Assembly: GCF_018977255.1 (NCBI RefSeq)
Contig: NW_024704742.1
Coordinates: forward strand, 98,954,001-99,018,000
DNA: 64,000 bases
Direction: 5' to 3'
DNA from: Callorhinchus milii
Lineage: Eukaryota
The notes beneath the pieces are model-generated. The model searched no databases. It saw only the letters and a program-made list of their open reading frames with translations, and had not been told where the DNA came from. The translations under genes and the position numbers were made by a program. Positions 40,381-52,990 of the stretch are shown one piece after another (the first letter of the stretch is position 1; the number at the start of each line of letters is the position of its first letter).

Positions 40381-40984
40381 GTAAGAGGAATTTGTTTAAT
40401 TTGAAATAAGCCAGTGTGCTTTCTGCATGCATCTTGGATTTTCTTTGATAAAAGTGCATGTCAGGATCCGCACTTCCAGAGTTGACTCAGTGTTATAACA
40501 AAGTGATATATAATGAGGAGTTATTTAGGTAGTAACGGTCATCGAAAGAATATCAAAGGCTCTGCACATGTTTCTGCTGAACGTTCAGCCAAGAATGGAG
40601 AGAGAAGAGACCTCGTAATATTAAGCACAAAGTAAATTTCTTTCTTTCATTAACTAGTCAGCCAGTGAACGGTGTGCTGCTGCCTGCACAAGTATAATCT
40701 TAAAAGTAACATTCCTAGTAGTGTGGTTTAATTCTCTGCTTGAAACCAATAACATTGCTGGTGCCTCATGGACTGCTGATTGTGTCTCAAAATCAGCTTT
40801 GTCTTCCACGAGGGAATTTGTAACTATTATTCTGAGGGAGGGGGGCTTTGTGTATTACCGTGACTCGTGAGGAGATCACGGGGAGGGGGTCAAGGAGCCG
40901 AACAATATCCCAATTCTCAAGGTGATGTTGGGTGTGAGCTAAAGTCTTAAAGGTCAGCGTGCTTTACCAGGTGGGCAAGGGAGT

Positions 40985-41330
40985 CCCACCTGGCACCCCA
41001 TCTCCCTGTGGACCGAGTTCAAGATCCTCATCCTAGTCTTTAAATTTCTCCATGGTCTTCCCCCACCCAACGGTCCACACAGTTCCTCTGCTCGGTGGGC
41101 ACCAGTATGCTACAGCCTTCCCCGCCACCACCTACCTGCTCCACCATTGGTGGTTGGACTTTCAGCCTATTTGCCTCCACTTTGGAACTCCAGTCCAGAA
41201 TCCTTTCCCTCCCCTACTTCAAGGTCCGTCTCACAACATCCCCTGACTTCCACCCCCAGCTTGGGTGGAAACCCTGTATTGTCCACTGCCCTGGGACATC
41301 TTCCAAACATGAAAGGTAAACTTGCTGTTG
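40985..41330 (+). mobile_element. Degenerate L2 3' fragment in the last intron of the ZFAND5-type gene
   Basis: GAGTTCAAGATCCTC, TIGGWTFS and a GGGACATCTTCCAAACATGAAAGG tail remnant. Confidence 0.7.
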
Positions 41331-41442
41331 ATTTCAGGGTGCTTTTTTAGGTGCAAGCCACTTAACCAGGAGCGTGTTTTAAAGCCTGTTAGTTATGACA
41401 TTAACTGAGGTGATGTACTAAAATTTTAACTTTCAACAGCAG

Positions 41443-41591
41443 GTTTTGACTGCCGGTGTGGAAATCTGTTCTGTGGACTCCATCGTTATTCGGATAAGCA
41501 CAATTGTCCTTACGATTACAAGGCAGAAGCAGCAATGAAGATCAGGAAAGAAAACCCTATTATTGTGGCTGAGAAAATTCAGAGGATTTAA
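41443..41591 (+). CDS. ZFAND5: ZFAND5-type last coding exon (AN1 finger): (G)[48 protein letters not shown]
   Basis: Acceptor cagcAG at 41441-41442, stop TAA at 41589-41591. The five exons sum to 630 nt (209 aa plus stop) with consistent phases. The C-terminus KIQRI is ZFAND5-like. Confidence 0.96.
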
Positions 41592-43550
41592 ACAGACAAC
41601 TGAAGAGGACAGTAACTATCAAAGACTGTGTTTATTCCTTCCATGTCCTCTGATCTATTTGAGGATTTTCATAGAGCAGATGCATGGGCTACTGTTCCTT
41701 GTCTGTCCAAGTTTCTGCTTTAGCCCTAGTTTCTATTAATTGTAAGGTGGTTGGACGTCAGTTTCGGATTAATTGGGCACATCGTATTGCATGGCAAGCA
41801 TTGACCTACAAAGTGGATAATGGACAGGTTAGCAGTGGTTCTGATGTGCCAAGTCAACACGATACCATGCAACATGCTGTAGTGATTTAAATTCTGAGTA
41901 AAATGACCAACCTGAAATTTCAGTTGACTTCAGTATATTGCTTTTCATGTCTAAGCACTGAGCGTTAGTAGCCTTTAGATTTCATTGTGATATATGTTCT
42001 GTAGAATTAATCGTTATATGTTGAATACTATAGAACATATCTTTGCATAGATAAGGTTTGAAGGTGTGTGGCTGGCTCCAGTAGTACTGTTATGGTTCTT
42101 GACTCTCTCCCTATCTCTCTAGGTATATTTAGAAACAGTTTTGTAGGTTAATGATTTTCATTCTGATCAGATAGTTCTTTTTCTTGTGAAAATTTTTAAG
42201 AAGGCTTCCAAAGTCGTTGATTATTCACTTTGTAGTTGGGCAGTGATTATTGCTGCTTGCCTCTGCAAAAACTAGCTGGGTCCACAAATGGTGGCCAAGT
42301 TACGAATCACTTCTGCCAGCAACCAGAAGTGCATCACACTGATCCGCTTCCATGTGTTTGGAAAGTATTTTACTCTGCATGTCAGACTGAACAATGCATA
42401 TTGCTGTAGTGGCCAAGTTAATCTGGCTCAGTTGGGTTACATTTGACTTAACAGTAGTGAAGCCTGGCTTTATGTATTAGCATATGTACATTAGTCGTCT
42501 GTAGCTGTATGATAAATGCAGGCTGTGCTTTACTAAAGGTTGCATATGTCTTTAGCAGATGTGTTAGTAAAACAGGTCAATTCTTAGCTGAGATTATGCC
42601 CAAGCAACTTTTCTGATGTCCTGCTTGTATGAAACATTGGGTGTTGGTGGTGCAGATTATTTTTACACTGCATTGATGCCAATTGTGCAGTATAATGCTG
42701 GTATCTTTCCAATGGCTAAAACTAGACCCCTTCCCATGGCTGATGCTCTGCATTACCCACAGTATAACTGTAGCACAGCCAACTTTTGATTTTAAAAACA
42801 CTCTGGCAGTCTCCTGGACTGAAGTTTGCCACTTCTAATGCTAGAGTTTACAAAAGTTGGCTCTTTAACATTAACTAGAGAGATTTGTGCAAGGTGCCGT
42901 ATGTGTGCATTGAAGTATGCATGCTCTGCTTTCCCCATAGATGGAACAGTACAAACCAGCAGTGCTATCGTGGCTGTATGCACTCGGCTCATAAGTGCCC
43001 TCAAATAAGTGCACTGCTTAGTTCAATGTAACTGGGGACATAATGTTAAGTGTACAGGGGTAGGAGTCTAGTGTTGGTTTGTATTGCATGGGTCTCATAT
43101 CTTCAGCAGTGTAATGTACTAATGGCAAAATACTTCACCGAAGCTGTTGTACTTTTTAAATCGGTTATATTGGAAGGTTTTGTGATGTACTAAGTATTTG
43201 CATTTTTAAACCAGTACAGTTAGACATGTAGTGTGATTGGAACCTTTAAATAGATATTAAGTTAACAATTTGTTACCCAAGCTGTGATCTTGATTGCTGT
43301 TCATTCTTGCAATACCGGGTAACTCTGCACAGTTAACTATAATACACAGGGGCTTAGATTTTGACAAAAGTATAGATAGTATTTATGCCTTTTTAATTTT
43401 TAATATTCTAGATATGTAATTTTTACAGAAGTGTTTATATTTATGTAATGCATATAATCATGCTACAGCATCTATGCTAAATGGGGTGTAAATAAAACTT
43501 ATGTACAGAAATAACTTTTGGCATGTTGCTGCTTTTTCTTGAGAATAAAA
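41592..43550 (+). other. ZFAND5: 3' UTR of the ZFAND5-type gene
   Basis: AT-rich and nearly repeat-free after the stop codon. It ends at AATAAA signals (43491-43496, 43544-43549) followed by GT/T-rich sequence; repeats resume at ~43615. Confidence 0.7.
43491..43549 (+). terminator. Polyadenylation signals (two AATAAA)
   Basis: AATAAA at 43491-43496 and 43544-43549, TGTA motifs upstream, T/GT-rich tract downstream. Confidence 0.65.
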
Positions 43551-45604
43551 TGATGAAATAAGCTTGTGTTTCTTCCCTTTTTATGTTTATCTACCATACA
43601 TTTTGTGTGCAGTAGGTGCCAGCCTGGCTCGGTTGGTAGCACTTTTTCCCCAGAGTTAGAGGGTTGTGGGATTTGAACTTTGTTTAAGCGGACACTCCCA
43701 ACTTAGTGCTTGGCAAGGCCTGTATTATTGGTTTTCTTCAAATGAGAGATTAAACTGAGGTCCCATCTGCCTGTCCAAATGAACATTAATCATTCTATGA
43801 AGTTATTTGATAACAGAAGGGAATTTCTCCCAGTGTCAACAATTCTCTTTTTTTAAAAGTTATTCATTTCATAACTGTTTGGGGTTTTGCTTTGTGCAAA
43901 CTAGCTGCCAATCTTGCCTATAAATAGTCGTTACACTTACAGTAAACTGTAGTACTTTCACCTTGTCATGAGATGCTAATTCAAATGTAATTTACATTAG
44001 AAGTTATTTAAAACTAAATTGGGGAAGGTCCCCTCATCTGCTCCTTAATCCCCTCCCTCGCCATTTTTCTCCAGTATAAATGTTTGACTGCAGACACTGA
44101 GTACCTAATAGCCCTTACATTTAATAATGCATTCAGAAGGATATCCCAAACTGGTTCACATGATGCAATACAAAACAATGCCATAATATAAAGTGGAGAC
44201 TGTTTTGGGGGGCAAATGAAATGGCAACCAATTTGCACAGCAGTATCCCACAAACAGCCTTGAAGCGAATGATCAATTTTATTTGGAGGATTGTTGGTGA
44301 GGACATGAGGAGTAACTCCCTTCTCTTCAAACAGTGCTGTGGGATCTTTAACCTCAATCTGAACAGGCGACAGGGACTCAGTTTAAACTGAGTTCTAGAT
44401 CACAGCAAATATCGACTGGACCAAAGCATTTTACTTAAATTGATAGGTTGAGAAATTCCAGACAATTTTCAAACAGTAAATAATGGCCTCCACTGCAGTA
44501 AAAGTATGCAGTATGCTATTTGCTTCAATCTGCTTATGGCTGAAAATAGAAACTGGAGATTAATGTGTAATATTTAATTCTACGTCTTGATGGGTAAAGT
44601 AAGTTTAATGATCCCACAGATGTGTGACGAGAATACTACCACATCTGGCGTGCTGCTTAATGGTGATTTAAGCAGTCCGCTGAAATGACTCACGTGGAGA
44701 ATCTCTTGGTAAGTAAATTAAGGTTTAAGCTTTTTCAATGCAATCTATTCTGGAGAGAAATAATTTGTATGTCTCAGAAATAAGTTGTCTTTCCTGTGTT
44801 GCCAAAACTTGAACTTCAAAATACAATAGCTTTAGTTTGTATAATGTCAGCCTGACTTAGTAGCATCTTTTGCGGTTTCTTCAGCAACTTGCATTTATAT
44901 AGCACCTTTCATGAGGGTAGCATCTCAAAGTGCTTAACAGTGGCAGAGCTTGACACCAAGCTGAGAACAGGGAAGATTATTGTAGTCTTCAGATGTGATC
45001 TAAGTGCTAACAGGGAGGGAGCAAGGCAAAGGGTTTGAGGTAGAAGGTACAAGAGTTTTGAAGTGTGGTGGCTGAAACTACAGCTTGGTAGACAGGGTGA
45101 GGGAGTCCCCCATCTGGATTTTGAGTCATAGACCTGGCTAACACTCCATTACAGTGATCAGGCCTGTGGCACAGTCGGATTTCAGCAATAGAATATAGTG
45201 GAGGTTAATTCACAAATGTTCTTTAATGAGGAATCAATTTGCAAGTTACACAAGTTGACTCTCTCTGGTACCCAGGTATGTTTTGCTGTCCAGCAAAAGC
45301 TGATGCAATTTAGCTGATAAGTGAAATTCCTGTTCAAGGCAAAAAGATTGAGACTGAAAGTACCAGAGTTTTGGAGTGTAGTGGCTGAAAGCACAGCTGC
45401 CATTGGTGGAGCTGAAGGGACGAGAGAGTCCCACATCTGGATTTTTATGTGAGTAGGGAGAATGGTGGCACCTCCAACACTGCAGCACTCCCCCAGCACT
45501 ATGCAAAGAAGTACATTTTCTTCAACCTTTGTGCGCTATTTTGAAAGATTATAAATGAACACACGGAATGTGCAGTAATTATCTGCACACCCATTCACTG
45601 TAGT

Positions 45605-46035
45605 GTGTGGCGTTAACAGCATTACCCTTCATGGATGCACTTTACACTTCATGGAGCCAATACAGAACCTCAGCATCCTGTTTGAACCTCAACTGTACTT
45701 CATCCCCCCACATCCAAGCCATGACCCTCTCCGCCTTTCCCCATCTCCGCAACATCGCTCGGCTCCGCCACTCTCTCTCACCCAAAGTCACTGAGACCCT
45801 CATCCACGCATTCATCACATGCAGGCTCGAATATGCAAACTCCCTGCTTATCAGCCTCCCCAACTCCTGCCTCCACTGGCTGCAGACCATCCAGAACTCT
45901 GCAGCCCATGTCCTCTCCCGCACCAGCCTCCGCTACCCTATCACCCCCATCCTTGCCTGACTCCACTGGCTTCCCATCACTCAGAGGATATAGTTCAAAA
46001 TCCTGTTCCTCACCTTCAAAGCCTTCTATGTCCTC
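45605..46035 (+). mobile_element. Internal L2 fragment
   Basis: [28 protein letters not shown] in ORF 45607. Confidence 0.85.
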
Positions 46036-46174
46036 GCTTGCTGTTGGATCTTTACTGAAATAATCAATTTTCGTGCAGGTAAGTATCTGGATTCGTGTGG
46101 GACCCTCAAAATCCATGTGCAATAGGGCATTGTATGTTGTGCATTATTTTAAGGAATACTTGTGTTGTCTCTCT

Positions 46175-47900
46175 CATGAGTCAGGTTTCTAACTGATCGC
46201 AATTCTTAATAGTATCCAAACAAACAGTTCTGTGCATGTCACCTACACAAGGAAATTCTTGTGTATTTGAATGGAATGTACACTCCCTGGAGTGATGGAT
46301 TCTGCTTATTTAATTCCAGATAGAAATAGGTGTGTGTTGGCTAGAGCCAAGGCTTAGGGATCCCAGTGCATATTGGGGTACTGCTGGAGTCTAACCAACT
46401 GAAACCACGTAGCTTGCCATGATATCCCTGTCTGGCAAGCTTTCCCTCTGCATGTCCAGCTAGGATCACCCTACCTGTTAAGGCTTTGGCTTGCAGGTTT
46501 AACGGGAGCTGAGTAGGAAAAATCTTTGCCCACAGTATCTGGTCTGACCCTCTAAGTCCTACTGATGAGCAAGGATGGCTGGAATATCATCAGCACTACC
46601 TGCAGCACTGTTACCAGGGCTCCGTCTGCCTCCTCGTCCTCCTGGACCTCTCCACCATATTCGACACCGTCGATCACACCATCCTCCTCCACTGCCTGTC
46701 CTCCATCATCCACCTCAGTGAGATCGCACTCGCTTGCTTCAATTCCTATCTTACAAACTACCAGCACTACATTTTGCAAATAGCTTTTCTTCGGGCTTCC
46801 ACCTGGTCAAGCTCGGCCCCCATCCTTGGCCCCCTTCTCTTCCTCATCTATATGCTCTCTCTCGGTGATATCATCCTCAGATACGGGGTTAACTTCCACA
46901 TGTATGTGGATGACACTCAACTCTTCCACCTCCAGCTGCGACCCACAGTCCCCTAATGTTCTGTTAGCTTATTTGTCGGACATCAGGAGCTCGATGAGTA
47001 CAAATTTCCTGCAGTTAAACATCAACAAGACGGAAGCCATACTCTTTGGCTCCCACTAATGTCTTCTGTCTACGTTTCCAACCTCCTCAACCTATCTGAC
47101 CTGTCCTTAATACTCTCTGAACCCATGCGCAACTTAGGCATCAGGTTCGATCCCCAGTTATCCTTCCTCCCCCACATCAGGTCCCTAACCAGCACCGCTT
47201 TCTTCCACCTCTACCACATTGCCTGTCTCCGATAATACCTAGCCTCATAAGATGCCGAAACCCTTGTCCATGCCTCTGTCACCTCTCGGCTGGACTACTC
47301 TAACGCCCTCCTCACCGGTCTCCCCTCCTCGACTATTCCCAAAATCCAGCTCATTCAAAACTCCGCCGCCTGCATTCTCACCCCCACCAAACTTCGTACC
47401 CCGATTACTCCAATCCTTGCCAAACACTGGCTCTGTCACAGAGCGGATCGACTTCAAGATCCTCACTCTTGTGTTTAAATCCCTCCATTCCTTGGCATCC
47501 CCCTATCTCTCTAACCTCTCTCCCCACAGCAGTACCCGCTGCCTCCTCCATGTCCCCCGAATCCTCCGCACCACCATCGGTGGCCGTGCCTTCAGCCACT
47601 ACACCCCGAAACTTTGGAACTCCGTCCCTCAACCCATTCGCCTCATCCCCTCCTTCCCCATCTTCAGGTCACGCCTAAAGACCTTCCTCTTCAACCGCCC
47701 CTGCAGTCACCTTCCCCCTCCCCCTGTCTCGGCCTCAGGCTCCACCATTGTTAAGCGCTCTGAGACACCGCCGAACATGGAGGGTACTATATAAATGCAA
47801 GTTGCTGTTGTTGTAGACCCACCTGACCCAGAAATTGAATAACCGAGACTGATGCTTTGTTGCTAAGCACGTTCAGCTCCACGAAGACCCTGTTTATCTC
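46175..47900 (-). mobile_element. Unclassified retroposon, copy C (split by the L2 at 46612-47814)
   Basis: 46175-46611 and 47815-47900 join collinearly with copies A and F. Confidence 0.75.
46612..47814 (+). mobile_element. L2-clade LINE fragment, tail type B, nested in the unclassified repeat
   Basis: LLDLS, YVDDTQL, NINKTE and IGGRAFS motifs, and a (TTG)n tail. The host repeat resumes at 47815. Confidence 0.9.
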
Positions 47901-48964
47901 CCATTTCATTCTCCGTCCCAATCTAGGAGGAGAGAGCAATTAATGTTCATCTTCTGTGTCAGTCATAGAATAAGACAGATCAGTTAATATTCCAGGAGTA
48001 AGAATCTTCATCAGACTGGAATGAGCAGACATTAGAAATTTAAACTTTAAAATCACGAAATACTGCGCATGAACAAAGAGGTAGCAAATAGATCACTAAC
48101 TGATTGAGCAAGTAGGTAAGTGGTGAAACTGGTGGACTATACAGTATTTCAAAATTGCTCTTTTCCCTTACTCCCACCCCAGCAATGATTCCCTTTTAAT
48201 AAAGTACAGCTTAAACGGCACTTTTGCTCTGTTTGCAAGGCAAATCTCTGAATTGATTTGCTGGGGAGAATAATTAAAGTCAGGGATATTAAACTGCAAA
48301 AACCTTGCAGCAATAATAATCCTTGCATTTGATATTGCCTTATCACATCGAGTGTCTCTAAGCACTTCACAGTAATTACTGTTAAGTGAAGTGACCGTGC
48401 AGGCAAATGTGCTTCACAATCTAGAACAAAACTGAATTAGCATTCGATGAGCAATTATAGAAAGCTATAGTAATTCCATTAAAAATTACAGCTATTGCTG
48501 GTTTGTTCCTTCCAGTGTTGTTCATTTCATAATTGCTGCTGATAAGAAGGAAATTTTAATAAGTTTTTTTAATAATCAACTTTGCCACCAAGTGGTAAAA
48601 TGTAAGTATGGCAGCTTTATGTCTTCAACAACTCTACCCTTACATATTGAGTCTGTATTTGTACACTTTCAATATATGTGAATCATTGGAACAATTGTGT
48701 TGTTTATTTTTCCTCCTCCTATCCGCCCCCTACCCCCACACACACCCCATGCAATACCTTTTTTATTTTGTTTCTCTCATCAGCAGGAAAAGCACTGTTT
48801 TATAGTTTGCTATTCTGGAGGCAGGAAGAATGCCACAAAAATGAATGCAGTGACAATAAGAGGTAAGCTAGGCAAACCAAATAACATGTACTGACAAAAG
48901 TACTGTATTGTTTGCAAAGAACCACCCCTGCCCAGAAACCTGAACTGAACCAGAACAGCAAAGT

Positions 48965-49281
48965 AATAATAACAATAATCCTTGCATTTGATATAGCGCT
49001 TTTCACATCTTCTAGACGTCGCAAAGCACTTCACAGAATATGCTATAAAATGAATTGACTGTATATTTGTGGGCGAAACGCGGCAGCCAATTGCGCACAG
49101 CAGTGTCCCACAAACCGTCATGGATTGAAAATGACCAATTTATTATTGTTTTGTTTTTTGTAGGGATTATTATTAGGAGTGTGGAGTAAAGAAACTTGCC
49201 CAAGGTTTCGCCCTGCCTGGAATTGAATCCAGGTGTCTCACTTGCAAAGCAAGTGCTCTAACCACTGAGCTACAGGACTCC
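48965..49281 (-). mobile_element. tRNA-SINE, short form
   Basis: Well preserved full-length copy. Confidence 0.92.
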
Positions 49282-49454
49282 ACAAATACGTAAATATCAT
49301 GAAAGCAAAATTCTATGACTTTCAGTATCTAAATGCTTTTTACTGAAACCTCCAAGCTTATTTCTTTTGGTGAAATGTCATAGTGAAATCACCATGCCTG
49401 TGACCTCATTCTGTTTGTTGCACAATTGTTACCATAGATCCATCACCAGTGCCC

Positions 49455-50015
49455 ATGTGGCTCTTAGGTGATATGCTTGGCAATGGAATTTTGGAATTGA
49501 ATCTATCATTTGTGGTGGTCTCGGTCATATGGTTTCTGAGCTAGGCAGGTCCACAGAACTCCAAGGCTTTATTGATGACAAAGTCAGGAGATCTTCAATG
49601 AACAAAGCAGTCAGTGGGGGCTGAAATTCTTCCTGCTCAGCTCCCGTTAACCCTCCAAGCCAACGCTCCAATGGTAGTGGGGTGGTTGGATAAAGGGCAA
49701 ACTTACCAGTCAGTGACAAACTGCATGGTTTTTGATAGTTAACCTCTAGCAATACCCCAACAGCAACAAATTACATTTGTATAATGCCTTTCACATCGGG
49801 AGGACATCCCAAGACACTGTTCAAGGCTACTCCAAACTACTTTGAGATCCCCAAGCTTTGGCTCTTGCAACCCATGCTTAATGTTTCAGGATTAAGAAAG
49901 CATCATGCATTCCTCTGGGGAGAGAATCTACACTCCATCCCAGACAAATGGAAATTGTCATGCATAAGTGGAACATTTAGTAGTTTTGTTGGATACTTTT
50001 AAGCGTGGTGATGGG
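49455..50015 (+). mobile_element. Unclassified retroposon, copy D (contains a short L2 tail insert at ~49760-49825)
   Basis: CTCAGCTCCCGTTAACC and CCCCAAGCTTTGGCTCTTGC blocks. Confidence 0.7.
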
Positions 50016-50319
50016 ATTTTGAGTGTATCATGCAAAAATGGCCAAAACTCTTGAGGGTTTGCAATTTTGCAATTCTTATGAGATTGGCTCATGCATTAAA
50101 ATATTAGGAACTGCAGCACAGTAGGAGGAGGCAATTCAGCGCATTCAGCCTAAATACTCACTACCTCATTCATTGAAGCTAACTACTGTACTTCAATCAG
50201 AGCAAGTCAAGTTGGCAAACAACAACTTGCATTTATATAGCGCCCATCAACCAGAGTCATGCCTTGGAATGCTTAAAGCTGTTTTTTAAAAAAAAGCTAA
50301 TGGGATCCAGGAATTCATA

Positions 50320-50650
50320 ATAGGAACATAGAATGTAAAAACAAGCAAGTACTGTAATGTAAACCATATAAATCATTGGGTACATCACACTGGAGTATTG
50401 TAACCAGTTGTGGGCACCCCCCCTTTTGGAAAAATGTCAAAGAAGATTGCCTAGAAGGATGTTAGGGATGGGAAGTTTTCGAATATGAAAAGAAACTGAA
50501 GCTGTTTTCATTAGCAAAAATTAATAGGAAGCTTGAAAGAGGTGTTTACAATGATTAATTGTTTTGATAAAGTAAATGGGGAGAAATAATTTTCACTGGT
50601 AACTGGACAGCACAAATATATGATCATTATCAAACAAAACTTTTTTCTCC
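50320..50650 (+). mobile_element. Degenerate CR1 fragment
   Basis: YKSL...LEYCNQLWAP remnant at ~50365-50420. Confidence 0.6.
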
Positions 50651-50689
50651 TCAGTTTTGTATTAGCTAAGGGCCATATTTCATTATGAC

Positions 50690-51079
50690 AGTTGGGGCAG
50701 GGAGTCCCACTCAGCTCCTGTTAACCTTGCAAGCCAAAGTCCTAACAGGGAGGGCGGTCCTAGCCGGACAAGCAGGGGGAAAGCTTGCCGGAAAGCAATA
50801 TCAATGGCAAGCTATGCAGTTTTAGCTGATTAGACTCCAGCAGTACCCCAATGCACACTCTGGAGTCCCCAAGCTTTGGCTCCTGCCAACCTGGGCCTAA
50901 TTCTGAAATTGGGTAAGCAGGATGCATCCCCCCAGAAAGAGAGTGCACAATCCATTCCACAATCTATCACTGCGGTTTCCATCTGTCGGTGGAAGGCAAG
51001 AAAATCTCAGCTTGGTTTAGATACTCTTAAGCATGATGATGGGTTTCCGCATCTTTCTGACTCCCGGTTGACAAAAAAA
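50690..51079 (+). mobile_element. Unclassified retroposon, copy E (5'-truncated, A7 tail)
   Basis: Ends with ...GGTTGAC followed by AAAAAAA at 51073-51079. Confidence 0.8.
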
Positions 51080-52689
51080 GTTATGGCATGTCAAATGCCT
51101 TTCCCCGACAATACTTTCTGGTAATTTGAGACATAAAGCATGAATTAGACTCATTCTGTATTTAGATCACCATAAAACCTAGTTAAGAAACAATATATAA
51201 TTAATTGCATTAAATGAACAGAGTTGCAGTGCTCCAAGATGCTATCCATTGTGAAGGGCACAATATAAATACAAGGAGCTGTTGTTGAGCTTCAGAATTG
51301 AATGAGGGGACATCTTAACCTTCCTCCTAATACAAATCAGACAGACCATTGAGTGGGGAGGATCCAGTGAGGGGAAGACTCAGATTAGGGAGTGCAGGCT
51401 TGGAGTTCTTCCGACATGAAAGGCACTATATAAATGTAATTTGTTGTTGTTGGAGTTTGGGTTGGAGCTTGAGAGTTCAACTGTTTTTTCTGTGTTGGAA
51501 AAGCCTATTGCTTGATGTATGATCTTGATACACTGGGGTCCTTCAGTAGAAATACATTATGACCATTCCTTTTTAAATTTCATATGGTGACAATTGTACT
51601 GCTTATTGGTATAATTAATCTTTATGAATCTATATGAGAAATATTTCTTCCAATTCTCAACAGTTTTGCTCTGCTGAGTCTCTTCTGATCAGATTCTATT
51701 CCTGGAAATACTCAGTAATGTCACCAACTGCCACAACACCAAGTTTTGCTTCCTGGAAGGATATTGCTCTAAATTATATTTAGTGCACATTTTTGGCTTT
51801 GATAGCCAGAGTGAGGGGAGCAGAACACATGTATTTGGCAACTATCACGCTAAGACTTAAAATAGGTTTATCTTAAATGTGATATATTTAATATTATATT
51901 GTAATTTAGTGTCAGCTTGGTTCAGTCAGTAGCATTCCACCTCTGTGTTAGACGTTTATGGGTGTAAGCTCAACTAAGGACTTTAAGTTCACAGTGTACA
52001 AAATACAGAGTCGCTATACTTTACGCTAAATGCTTTTAGAGGTTCTCTTGACTTGGGTGCTGTAACTAATACAAGGCTATTTTTATTTAAGTTTACAAAT
52101 TCAATGCACTCATTTTGGGTCTTTTCCATCCTCTAAAAATTGTTTCTTGTATTATGATTTGATCAGTTATCCAATCAATCAATGTTAATTTGGCAAGTCA
52201 ACTCCAGGTGTTTGACCTACTCATTTTGCTCTTAATATTATTTGTTCTGCACAAATGCATTCTTCCCACCATCCTCAGGTAATGAAACCTGAAGTAAAAA
52301 TAAACTATTTCCTTTGGTGTTTCCAAGAGAGAAAAAAAAATTACCATGTGCATTCAAGTAAAAACAATTGCTTGCAAAAACTAGCTTTTAAAATTCTACT
52401 TAATTTTTAGACTGAATGAGTAAAATACTTTATTTGTTTTCTACAAAATCGTATTAGGAAATCAATTTTGTGACAATGAAACCGACAAAGTAAATGATAT
52501 GCTATTCTGTTAGTTATTCAGTTAACTTTGCTTTCCAATTCTACTTCCTTTCTCCTTTTTCTTTTTTTTAAAAAAACTTTTCTAACGTAAAATCCTGTTC
52601 CAACTATCCCTTTTGGGAGTAAGAGTGGGTGTCTGCTTCTAATTGATTTTTTCATTGGTTGAAAGTCAAAAGACTTGTAATTGACAAGG

Positions 52690-52990
52690 GTGGGAAGAGT
52701 AAAGATGACCAACGGTGCGGTCGAAAGGTAGGTCCTGAGACAGACATTGGTTGAGGTGATGGAGCAAGGGAGTTGGAGAGACTCCAGGATGGAACTCCAG
52801 GGACTGGGGGCAGAAAGACTGAAGTCCCACTTGCCAATGATGGGGGAGGATATATAGCAGGTGTAGCAGGCTGAACGAAGGTAGATACAGTTTAAGGAGG
52901 TCACAGAGTTAGAATGGGGTGAGACTATACAAGGAATAAAAGATAGGAAAGAGAATCTTGAACTTGATCCCCTGGGAAGGAGAGCCAAAT
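52690..52990 (-). mobile_element. Degenerate L2 3' fragment
   Basis: On the minus strand: GGATCAAGTTCAAGATTCTC and an IIGKWDFS..APSPWSSI remnant. Confidence 0.6.
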
